Source: Kineococcus radiotolerans SRS30216 = ATCC BAA-149 | GTDB taxonomy: Bacteria > Actinomycetota > Actinomycetes > Actinomycetales > Kineococcaceae | Length of the DNA stretch: 32,000 nt | Assembly: GCF_000017305.1 (NCBI RefSeq) | Contig: NC_009664.2 | Coordinates: forward strand, 1,020,001-1,052,000 | Direction of reading: 5' to 3' | In this document: one piece after another, positions 8,662-16,918 of the stretch | Numbering within the stretch: the first letter of the stretch is position 1 | Layout of the letters: each line of letters opens with the position of its first letter | Notes under the pieces: model-generated | The model's input: the letters and a program-made list of their open reading frames with translations, nothing else | What the model was told of the DNA's origin: nothing | Databases searched by the model: none | Position numbers and translations under genes: made by a program

Positions 8662-10794
8662 GTGGCCTTCTCCCTGCGTCCCCGCACGCTCCGCTCGCAG
8701 CTGCTGCTGCCCGGGGTCGGTGCCGTCGTCGTCACCGCCGGCCTGCTGAGCGCCCTCTCGGCGTGGCAGGTCGAGGACCTGTCCCAGGACACCTCCCAGG
8801 ACGTGCGGGCGATGTCCGAGCGCTCCCTGCACGACAGCGGGACCCAGGTCCAGACGACCGTGGCCACCCAGGCGTCGGCCGTGCAGGCCATGCTCGACTC
8901 CAACCTGCGGGTGACCACCGACCGCCTGGCGCAGTACGGCGGGCCGGCGCTCGACCCCGCCGAGACCGCCACCTGGACGGCGACCAACCAGGTCACCAAG
9001 GACAAGACCCCGGTGACGCTGCCGCGGCTGGAGTTCGGCGGCACCTGGCTGGGTCAGCAGGGCGACCCCGCCGCGACCGTGCCGGGCATGGACGAGGCGG
9101 CGCGCCTGACCGGGGCGGCGACCACGGTCTTCCAGCGCATGAACGCCTCCGGGGACATGCTGCGGGTGGCCACCACCGTCGTGGGCGCCAGCGGCACCCG
9201 CAACATCGGCACCTACATCCCGGCCACGAACGCCGAGGGCGCACCGAACGCGGTCGTGAAGGCCCTGCTGGCCGGGGAGACGTACCACGGCACCGCGATG
9301 GTCGCCGACCAGCCCTACGTCACCGTCTACGAACCGCTGAAGGTCGGTGACGAGGTCGTCGGCGCCGTGTTCGTCGGGCTGCCCCAGGCCGACGTCACCG
9401 CCGACCTGCGCCGCGCCCTGGCCGAGGCCACCGTCGGGACCTCCGGCTACTACGCGGTGTTCTCCGACGCCGCCGCGTCCGCCGGCACCGCGGTCGTGGC
9501 GCCGGAGGGCGCCGCCGACGGCGACGTCATGATCGACGCCACCGACGCCGACGGCGCCCCCTACGTCGCCGACCTCATCGCGGCCGCGAAGGAGCTGCCC
9601 GCCGGGGAGTTCACCACCCGCGACGTGACGCTGGCCGACGGCACGTATACCGTCGGGGTCTCCCGCTACCCCGCCTACAACTGGGTCGTCACCAGCTGGC
9701 TGCCCGACGCCGACACCGCCGCGGTCACCGACCGCATCGAGGCCGGCGGGAACAGCCTGGTCCGCAACACCGCGGTCCTCGGCCTGGTGATCGCCCTGGT
9801 GATGACCGGGGTCATCGCCGTGATGGCCGGCTCCATCGTCCGCCGCATCGGCCGGCTCACCGAGGTCCTGCGCCGGGTCGCCGGCCGCGACCTGTCCGCG
9901 AAGGTCCTCACCCCCGGCGGCCGGCACGCCGACGACGAGCTCGGCGCCATGGGCCGCGCCCTCGACGAGGCGACCGGCGCCGTGCGCGAGGCCCTCACGG
10001 CCATGAGCTCCGGCGCGGCCCGGGTCACCGACGCCGCCGACGCCCTGGACGGGGCCAGCAACCGCCTCGCCGGCGCCGCCGAGTCCACCGCCTCGGAGAT
10101 CGTGCAGGTCACCGGGGACGCGACGTCGGTCTCCGCCGGGGTCCACGAGGTGTCCGACGCCGTCGAGCAGCTGCGCGCGGCCGCCGACGAGGTGTCGGCG
10201 ACCACCAGCGACGTCACCGTCGTCGCCGCCGACGCGGTGCAGCTGGCGCACGCCGCCACCGGCACCGTCGAGCGGCTGGGGGCCAGCTCCCAGCAGATCG
10301 CCGACGTGCTGCGCACCATCACCGCGATCGCCGCACAGACGAACCTGCTCGCCCTCAACGCCACCATCGAGGCCGCCCGCGCCGGCGAGGCCGGGGCCGG
10401 GTTCGCCGTCGTGGCCGAGGAGGTCAAGGAGCTGGCCCGCCAGACCGCGCAGGCCACCGAGGAGATCGCCCCGACCCTCACCGCGGTGCAGTCCGAGGCC
10501 GCGGCCGTGCGCGCCGACATCTCCCGGATCTCCGAGACGATCGCGCACATCGACGAGCTGCAGTCGACCATCGCCGCCGCCGTCGCCCAGCAGCTGGCCA
10601 CGACGACCTCCGTCAGCGGCACCCTGCACGCCGCCGCGGGCCGCTCCTCCGGCATCGCCACCGCCCTGGAGGGCACCGCCGGCGCCGTCCAGGGCACGAC
10701 CGAGGAGGTCCGCTCGGTGCGGGCCTCGGTGGAGGACCTCGCCGCGGTGGCCGGGGCCCTGGACGCCGAGGTGCGCCAGTTCACCCTGCGCTGA
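8662..10794 (+). CDS. Methyl-accepting chemotaxis protein with periplasmic double Cache-like sensor and HAMP
   Basis: N-terminal TM segment, then a Cache-like ligand domain, a second TM, HAMP, and the conserved signalling hairpin [33 protein letters not shown]. Confidence 0.92.
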   Translation: MAFSLRPRTLRSQLLLPGVGAVVVTAGLLSALSAWQVEDLSQDTSQDVRAMSERSLHDSGTQVQTTVATQASAVQAMLDSNLRVTTDRLAQYGGPALDPAETATWTATNQVTKDKTPVTLPRLEFGGTWLGQQGDPAATVPGMDEAARLTGAATTVFQRMNASGDMLRVATTVVGASGTRNIGTYIPATNAEGAPNAVVKALLAGETYHGTAMVADQPYVTVYEPLKVGDEVVGAVFVGLPQADVTADLRRALAEATVGTSGYYAVFSDAAASAGTAVVAPEGAADGDVMIDATDADGAPYVADLIAAAKELPAGEFTTRDVTLADGTYTVGVSRYPAYNWVVTSWLPDADTAAVTDRIEAGGNSLVRNTAVLGLVIALVMTGVIAVMAGSIVRRIGRLTEVLRRVAGRDLSAKVLTPGGRHADDELGAMGRALDEATGAVREALTAMSSGAARVTDAADALDGASNRLAGAAESTASEIVQVTGDATSVSAGVHEVSDAVEQLRAAADEVSATTSDVTVVAADAVQLAHAATGTVERLGASSQQIADVLRTITAIAAQTNLLALNATIEAARAGEAGAGFAVVAEEVKELARQTAQATEEIAPTLTAVQSEAAAVRADISRISETIAHIDELQSTIAAAVAQQLATTTSVSGTLHAAAGRSSGIATALEGTAGAVQGTTEEVRSVRASVEDLAAVAGALDAEVRQFTLR

Positions 10795-11700
10795 TCAGGG
10801 GCGGCGGTCCACCGGCGTGGCGCCGGCGCCGGGACGGGGCGCCCCGACCCGGTGCACGGCCCGGCGCCGCTGCAGCTCCAGGGTCACGGCGTAGCCGTAG
10901 ACGGTCAGAGCGGTGAAGACCCACAGCCACAGGCACACCGCGACCGCTCCCCCGACCTGGGTGTACCCGCCGAAGGGTGCGCCCAGGTCGACGGGGATGG
11001 CCAGGAACAGCACGAAGCCCTGCAGGAAGCCCGACACGAACGCCCCGGTCGCGTACCCGCCCCAGATCGCCGCCCACCAGCCCGGCCGCACCGGGCCCAG
11101 CACGCGGTAGACGTAGACGAGCACCGGGGAGACGACGAGCCAGTCGACGTTCAGGGCGATGTAGACCCCCAGGGCGGAGCCGGGCACGCCGCTGCCGAAC
11201 AGCCGGACCAGGAACGGCGCGACCTCCAGGACGGCGAGGAAGCCCGCGGGCGCCAGCAGCAGCAGCGGCAGCGCCTTGAGCCGCACCTTCCACGCCCCGA
11301 TCCGCCCGCGCACCGCGGGCGGGGCCGGCTCGGGGTGGCGGACGCTGACCCGGGCGAAGCCGCGCCGCAGCCCCTCCCCGTAGACGGTGGCCGGGACGAG
11401 CGCGACCAGGGCGGGGACCCAGCCGACGTCGACGGCCGTGGCGACCAGCCCCCGCACCACCTCCCCGGCCCCCTGGGCCGTGGGCAGGGCCCGGCCCACC
11501 GACCCGGCCAGGTCCAGGACCCGCTCGGGGCCGATGAGGGCGGCGAGCAGGCGCACGACGACGACCAGGGAGGGCACCAGCGCGATGGCCGCGTAGAACG
11601 TCACCCCCGCCGAGACGAGGAACAGGTCGTGCCCCTGCAGCCGGGTGCGGACGTCGGCGAACAGCGCCCGCAGCCAGGCGTGCGCGCGGTGACCCCTCAC
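10795..11700 (-). CDS. YihY/BrkB (virulence factor BrkB) family membrane protein
   Basis: Multi-TM protein (LFLVSAGVTFYAAIALVPSLVVV..., YATGAFVSGFLQGFVLFLAI). GTG 11700 overlaps the glxA-like stop (GTGA). The rest of the 589-aa track ORF is out-of-frame read-through. Confidence 0.75.
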   Translation of the reverse strand: MRGHRAHAWLRALFADVRTRLQGHDLFLVSAGVTFYAAIALVPSLVVVVRLLAALIGPERVLDLAGSVGRALPTAQGAGEVVRGLVATAVDVGWVPALVALVPATVYGEGLRRGFARVSVRHPEPAPPAVRGRIGAWKVRLKALPLLLLAPAGFLAVLEVAPFLVRLFGSGVPGSALGVYIALNVDWLVVSPVLVYVYRVLGPVRPGWWAAIWGGYATGAFVSGFLQGFVLFLAIPVDLGAPFGGYTQVGGAVAVCLWLWVFTALTVYGYAVTLELQRRRAVHRVGAPRPGAGATPVDRRP

Positions 11701-12701
11701 GCGCCCGCCGGCATCAGCCGGACCGCGACCGGGGCGCGGGCCCCGCGGTAGGTGCGCCGGTAGGCCGTGGGGGTCGTCCCGACCAGGCGGAGGAAGTGCT
11801 GGCGCAGCATGGCCGCCGAGCCGAACCCGCACCGGCGCGCGACCTCGTCGACGCTCTCGTCGCCGTCCTCCAGCAGGGCCCGCGCCGCGGCCACCCGCTG
11901 CTCCAGCAGCCACCGGTGCGGGGTCACCCCCGTCTCGGCGCGGAAGCGGCGGGCGAAGGTGCGCGGGGACACGGCCGCCCGCCGCGACCAGCCGGCGACG
12001 TCGATGTCCTCGTCGAGGTGCGCCACCGCCCAGGTGAGGGCGTCCTGCAGCGACGCGTCGGCGCAGGCCCGCACGGGGGCCTCGACGAACTGCGCCTGCC
12101 CGCCGTCGCGGTGCGGGGGGACGACCATCCGCCGGGCGATGGCGGTGGCGACGGCGCTGCCGTGGTGGCGGCGGACCAGGTGCAGGGAGAGGTCGATGCC
12201 GGCGGAGGTCCCCGCGCTGGTGGCGACGGGGCCGTCCTCGACGTAGAGGACGTCGGGGACCACCTCGACCAGCGGGAACCGCCGCGCCAGCTCCGCGGCG
12301 TGGCGGTAGTGGGTGGTGGCCCGCCGGCCGTCGAGCAGCCCGGCGTGGGCGAGGGTGAACGCGGCGCTGCAGAAGCTCGCCACCGTCGCCCCGCGCTCGA
12401 CCGCGGCGTGCAGCCGCTCCCGCAGCCGCTCCCCCGCGGCTCCGCGGTGCAGCTCCGTGGGGGTGACGATGACGAGGTCGGCGTCGTCGAGGCGGTCCAG
12501 GCGGTGCTCGGCGGTCAGGCTGAAGCCCTGCCGCGACCCGACGGGCCCGGCCTGCTCGGTGCACACGGCGAAGCGGAACGGCGGGACCCCGTCGTCGGTG
12601 CGGTCGATGCCGAACACCTCGCAGGCCACCGAGAACTCGAAGGCCGAGAAGCCCTCGCCGACCACGACGGCCACGTCGTGCAGGTCACCGGCCACCCCCA
12701 T
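11697..12701 (-). CDS. GlxA-family transcriptional regulator (DJ-1/PfpI domain + AraC-type HTH)
   Basis: DJ-1 elbow VASFCSAAFTLAHAGLLDGRRATTHY and C-terminal AraC HTH SPRTFARRFRAETGVTPHRWLLEQRV. I chose ATG 12701 as the start (MGVAGDLHDVAVVV). Confidence 0.88.
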   Translation of the reverse strand: MGVAGDLHDVAVVVGEGFSAFEFSVACEVFGIDRTDDGVPPFRFAVCTEQAGPVGSRQGFSLTAEHRLDRLDDADLVIVTPTELHRGAAGERLRERLHAAVERGATVASFCSAAFTLAHAGLLDGRRATTHYRHAAELARRFPLVEVVPDVLYVEDGPVATSAGTSAGIDLSLHLVRRHHGSAVATAIARRMVVPPHRDGGQAQFVEAPVRACADASLQDALTWAVAHLDEDIDVAGWSRRAAVSPRTFARRFRAETGVTPHRWLLEQRVAAARALLEDGDESVDEVARRCGFGSAAMLRQHFLRLVGTTPTAYRRTYRGARAPVAVRLMPAGA

Positions 12702-12710
12702 GGGGCGCAG

Positions 12711-12766
12711 TCTGCCAGCGATCAGCTCCCTTGGCAGGATCTGGACGAACGTCGGCAGATCTGCCA
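12711..12766. promoter_or_regulatory. Operator-like array: CTGCC/GGCAG half-sites phased 21 bp apart, including the 12-bp palindrome GGCAGATCTGCC
   Basis: CTGCC at 12712, GGCAG at 12733, GGCAG at 12754 and CTGCC at 12761. GGCAGGATCTGG (12733-12744) is a near copy of the palindrome GGCAGATCTGCC (12754-12765). The array lies just upstream of the glxA-like start. Confidence 0.4.
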
Positions 12767-12802
12767 CTCGGCGCCCGCCGGCCCGGCGACGACGCTGAGG
12801 AC

Positions 12803-12964
12803 GTGACCTCGGACCTGACCGCCCTGGCGGTCCTCCTCGTCCTCCTCGTCTTCGCCCTGGCCGCGCCGCGCTGGGGAGCCGACACCCGCGCCTCGCGCGA
12901 GTGGTCCCCGGGCGGTCCGGCGCCCCACCCCGCCCGCCGCGGGGAACCGCCGCGGGCCGGGTGA
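12803..12964 (+). CDS. Small hydrophobic protein (53 aa, single TM followed by RWGADTR motif)
   Basis: VTSDLTALAVLLVLLVFALAAPRWGADTRASREW... has strong GC3 bias (only 3 non-G/C third positions). From memory it resembles small actinobacterial TM-RWG(A/V)DSR peptides. GTG 12803 has poor SD spacing. Confidence 0.4.
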   Translation: MTSDLTALAVLLVLLVFALAAPRWGADTRASREWSPGGPAPHPARRGEPPRAG

Positions 12965-12968
12965 GCCC

Positions 12969-14159
<1,191 letters not shown>

Positions 14160-14247
14160 CCCTCACCCCGTGGGACCATGGACGGCGAACCGACGTCCGG
14201 GGGCTTCCCGCCCACCGGCGCACCGACCAGCGATGGAGGAGGAGCTC

Positions 14248-14322
14248 ATGAGCAAGCGAGGCCGCAAGCGCCGCTCGCGCAAGGGCAACGGCGCGAACCA
14301 CGGCAAGCGCCCCAACGCCTGA
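14248..14322 (+). CDS. 50S ribosomal protein bL37 (24 aa)
   Basis: MSKRGRKRRSRKGNGANHGKRPNA matches the actinobacterial bL37 micro-protein pattern (MxKRGRK...ANHGKRPNA). GGAGGAGG (14235-14242) sits 5 nt before ATG 14248. It is only the last 24 codons of a 94-aa track ORF. Confidence 0.8.
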   Translation: MSKRGRKRRSRKGNGANHGKRPNA

Positions 14323-14340
14323 GCGAGCCGCTCACGCACG

Positions 14341-14376
14341 ACGCAGGCCCCGGACCGATCGGTCCGGGGCCTGCGT
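14341..14376. terminator. Perfect 36-nt palindrome; bidirectional I-shaped terminator candidate
   Basis: ACGCAGGCCCCGGACC-GATC-GGTCCGGGGCCTGCGT forms a 16-bp GC-rich stem with a 4-nt loop. It lies between the convergent bL37 (stop 14322) and anti-sigma (stop 14398) genes. There is no U-tract on either strand. Confidence 0.7.
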
Positions 14377-14397
14377 CGCACGCGGTGGGCGCGGTGC

Positions 14398-14670
14398 TCA
14401 GCGCGAGGTGACGACGACCTCGGTCATCTGCACGAGGATGCGGGCGCGCAGCGTGGCCGGCGCCTCCTCGCAGGGGCAGCCGTCGCGGATGACCCGCTTG
14501 AGCTTCTCGTCCTCGGCCAACTGCTCCACGCAGCTCGCGCACTCCTCGAGGTGGGCCTTCAGCTGGACGCAGTCCAGGTCGGCCATCTCGCCGTCGAGGT
14601 ACTCGAAGGCGCGCTCCAGCACCTCCCGGCAGCGGCCCAGCTCCCCCGTGCTCGGTCCCGACGCGCTCAC
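14398..14670 (-). CDS. rsrA: Zinc-binding anti-sigma factor (ZAS), RsrA/RshA orthologue
   Basis: HxxxCxxC motif (HLEECASC) plus an upstream Cys (LGRCREVLE). GTG 14670 overlaps the sigma-factor stop (GTGA). Confidence 0.88.
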   Translation of the reverse strand: MSASGPSTGELGRCREVLERAFEYLDGEMADLDCVQLKAHLEECASCVEQLAEDEKLKRVIRDGCPCEEAPATLRARILVQMTEVVVTSR

Positions 14671-15290
14671 GACGCTCCCTCCGTCTCCGGTACGGCACCC
14701 GAGACCCCGCGGCCGACGGCGTAGTCGCGCAGCAGCTCGCGCAGCAGACGACGACCGCGGTGCAGCCGGGACATCACCGTCCCGATCGGGGTGCCCATGA
14801 TCTCGGCGATCTCCTTGTAGGCGAAGCCCTCGACGTCGGCGAGGTACACCGCCAGCCGGAAGTCCTCCGGCACCTGCTGCAGGGCCCGCTTCACGTCGGA
14901 GTCCGGCAGGTGCTCCAGCGCCTCGGTCTCGGCCGAGCGCAGCCCGGTGGACTGGTGCGACTCCGCCCGGGCCAGCTGCCAGTCCTCGATCTCGTCGGAG
15001 TGGGACTGCTGCGGCTCGCGCTGCTTCTTGCGGTACGTGTTGATGTACGTGTTCGTCAGGATCCGGTACAGCCACGCCTTGAGGTTGGTCCCCGGGGTGA
15101 ACTGGTGGAACGCGCCGTAGGCCTTGGCGAAGGCGTCCTGGACGAGGTCCTCGGCGTCGGCGGGGTTGCGCGTCATGCGCAGCGCGGCGGAGTACAGCTG
15201 GTCCAGGAAGGGCAGCGCGTCGCGCTCGAAGCGAGCGGCGCGCTCGTCGGCGCTCTCCTCGGAGGGGGCCCTGTCGGTCTGTTCGGTCAT
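14667..15290 (-). CDS. sigH: ECF sigma factor SigH/SigR (thiol-oxidative and heat stress)
   Basis: Region 2 [17 protein letters not shown]...[12 protein letters not shown] and region 4 [27 protein letters not shown]. The conserved start is ATG 15290 (MTEQTDR). An in-frame ATG at 15440 would add 50 aa (see findings). Confidence 0.92.
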   Translation of the reverse strand: MTEQTDRAPSEESADERAARFERDALPFLDQLYSAALRMTRNPADAEDLVQDAFAKAYGAFHQFTPGTNLKAWLYRILTNTYINTYRKKQREPQQSHSDEIEDWQLARAESHQSTGLRSAETEALEHLPDSDVKRALQQVPEDFRLAVYLADVEGFAYKEIAEIMGTPIGTVMSRLHRGRRLLRELLRDYAVGRGVSGAVPETEGAS

Positions 15291-15449
15291 CGCGTCCGAG
15301 GGTAGGCCCTGCGGGACGGCGCCGCGCGCGGCGCGGGGACCCCGGCCGTCGCGGCGACCCGGTGGACCGGCGGTCGTGCGCGGCTGTCCCCGGCGCGCGT
15401 CGACCCTGCGGGAGGGCTCGAGAGGTGGGGCGAACGACATGCCCTGGTC

Positions 15450-15475
15450 AACGCGGGCGTCCCGGTGACCATTCC
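15450..15475 (-). promoter_or_regulatory. SigH/SigR-dependent autoregulatory promoter (GGAAT-N18-GTT)
   Basis: The minus strand reads GGAAT (15475-15471), ggtcaccgggacgcccgc (18 nt), GTT (15452-15450). This is an exact match to the SigR/SigH consensus. It lies upstream of sigH and immediately after the SRAP-like stop. Confidence 0.75.
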
Positions 15476-15476
15476 G

Positions 15477-16244
15477 TCACGCCCGCGGCGGTTCCCCCGC
15501 GCCCGGGTCCGGCGCGCCCCCGCGGTCCGCCGGCGGGACGGGGCGCACCCGCAGGGCGCCGCTGCGGAGGAGGTCGTCCGGGACGGCGGCGAGGAGCGAG
15601 CGCACGTCGTCGGCGTCGTCGAGGGAGGGGTCCAGCCAGGCGTCGCGCAGGTCGCGGGGCACCACCAGCGGCACCCGCCCGGGCCGGGGCTCCGGCCCCG
15701 CGCCGGCCGCGGTGGTGACCACGGCGAAGCTGACCAGCCAGCGGGCGGGGTCCCCGGGTGCCCGGGCCGGGTCCTTCCAGAAGTCGTAGACCCCGGCCAG
15801 CGCCAGCACCGACCCGTCGGCGGGCTCGACGGCGACGTCCTGCCCGCCGGGGCCGCCGTCCGCGGTGGCACCGGCGCCGGAGCCGTACCAGGCGTCGGCG
15901 GGGACCAGGCACCGCCGCAGCAGGGCGGCCTCCGCGGTGGCCGGGTCCTCCAGGAGGGTCTCGGCCCGCACCTCGGCCGTCCGCGCACCGCCGGAGGCGT
16001 CCTGCGCCCGTGCGGGCACCAGCCCCCAGCGCAGCGCCCGCAGCGAGCGGGTCGGCGGGGCGTCCTCCTCGTCCTTGCGGAAGCGCTCCAGGACGACCGG
16101 CGCGGTCGTCGCGGGGACGACGTCGGCGGGGAGGGCGCCCGGCGCGCCCGTCCCGGCCGGGGCGGCGGCCAGGGTGTTGTCGTCGACCTCGAACTCCACG
16201 GCGAGCTCGTCGACGTCTCGACGCAGGGCGTAGCGGCTGGGCAC
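15477..16244 (-). CDS. SOS-response-associated peptidase (SRAP/YedK, DUF159)-like protein, apparently catalytically degenerate
   Basis: Family blocks LRWGLVPA, RRCLVPADAWY, FAVVTT and RVPLVV. The N-terminus reads (V)PSRYA instead of MCGRYA. Possible starts are GTG 16244 or GTG 16253. The rest of the 466-aa track ORF is antisense to doxX. Confidence 0.65.
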   Translation of the reverse strand: MPSRYALRRDVDELAVEFEVDDNTLAAAPAGTGAPGALPADVVPATTAPVVLERFRKDEEDAPPTRSLRALRWGLVPARAQDASGGARTAEVRAETLLEDPATAEAALLRRCLVPADAWYGSGAGATADGGPGGQDVAVEPADGSVLALAGVYDFWKDPARAPGDPARWLVSFAVVTTAAGAGPEPRPGRVPLVVPRDLRDAWLDPSLDDADDVRSLLAAVPDDLLRSGALRVRPVPPADRGGAPDPGAGEPPRA

Positions 16245-16331
16245 GGGGGCCACCCTGCCACCGGGCGGCGGCACCGGCCCCCCGTCGGCCCCGCGTTCGC
16301 GGTGATCACGCGGGTGCGGTAGGCAACTCCC

Positions 16332-16862
16332 ATGACTGCAGTGCGACGAGTCGCCCGCCCGATGCTCGCGGCGATCTTCATCAAGAACGGGATCGACCAG
16401 GTCCGCAACGCCCGCGACCTCGCCCCCTCGGCCGAGCCGCTCGTGCACGGCGTCTCCGGCGCGCTGCGGCTGCCCGACGACCCGGTCCTGCTGGTCCGGC
16501 TCAACGGGGCGGCCATGGCCGGGGCCGGGGTGCTGTTCGCCCTGGGCCGGGCCCCGCGGCTGGCCGCCACCGTGCTGGCCGTCACCGCCGCCCCCAGCGC
16601 CTACGTGAACCACCCCTTCTGGTCCGAGCGGGACAAGGCGGTGCGCGCGGAGGTCCTCCAGGACTTCCTCACCGACCTCGGCCTGCTCGGCGGGGCGCTG
16701 CTGGGCTCCGTCGACACCGCCGGCAAGCCCGGGGCCCTGTGGCGGGGCAAGCGCGCCGGCCGCGACGCCCAGCGGCTGGCCAAGCTCGCCGCCCGCGAGG
16801 CCGTGCACGCGGCCGAGGTGGGCAAGCGGGACGTCCAGCTGGCCGCGGCCAAGCTCTCCTGA
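16332..16862 (+). CDS. DoxX family membrane protein
   Basis: ARPMLAAIFIKNGIDQV..., hydrophobic helices and AYVNHPFW are typical of DoxX-family proteins. A basic C-terminal tail follows. Confidence 0.7.
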   Translation: MTAVRRVARPMLAAIFIKNGIDQVRNARDLAPSAEPLVHGVSGALRLPDDPVLLVRLNGAAMAGAGVLFALGRAPRLAATVLAVTAAPSAYVNHPFWSERDKAVRAEVLQDFLTDLGLLGGALLGSVDTAGKPGALWRGKRAGRDAQRLAKLAAREAVHAAEVGKRDVQLAAAKLS

Positions 16863-16918
16863 CCCCTCCGCCCCCACTGCCGTGACCGCGCCCGGGGGTC
16901 GGCTGCGAGGATGCTCCC

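Noticed and set aside
8653-10629. 658-aa ORF antisense to the chemoreceptor gene
   Set aside because: It is a Gly/Asp/Arg/Val-rich mirror-frame artefact. The plus-strand frame carries the unmistakable MCP signalling hairpin.
10795-12564. Long N-terminal extensions of composite track ORFs (10795-12564, 19360-20943, 19525-20985, 20430-21758, 21780-23867, 24661-26415, 25137-27149, 28829-30562)
   Set aside because: In each case the recognisable protein begins at an internal ATG or GTG, often at a GTGA junction. The upstream part is an out-of-frame read of the neighbouring gene.
14160-14247. SigR-like motif upstream of bL37 (GGGACC ... GTC)
   Set aside because: Neither the -35 (GGGAC instead of GGAAT) nor the -10 (GTC instead of GTT) matches the consensus. 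I also checked the other intergenic regions (doxX, SRAP, VKOR, hisN, DinB) and found no GGAAT-N18-GTT.
15287-16885. 432-aa (-), 375-aa (+) and 285-aa (+) ORFs across the SRAP/doxX region
   Set aside because: The translations are dominated by Arg/Pro runs. The real genes in this stretch (SRAP-like on minus, DoxX on plus) are recognised by family blocks and GC3.
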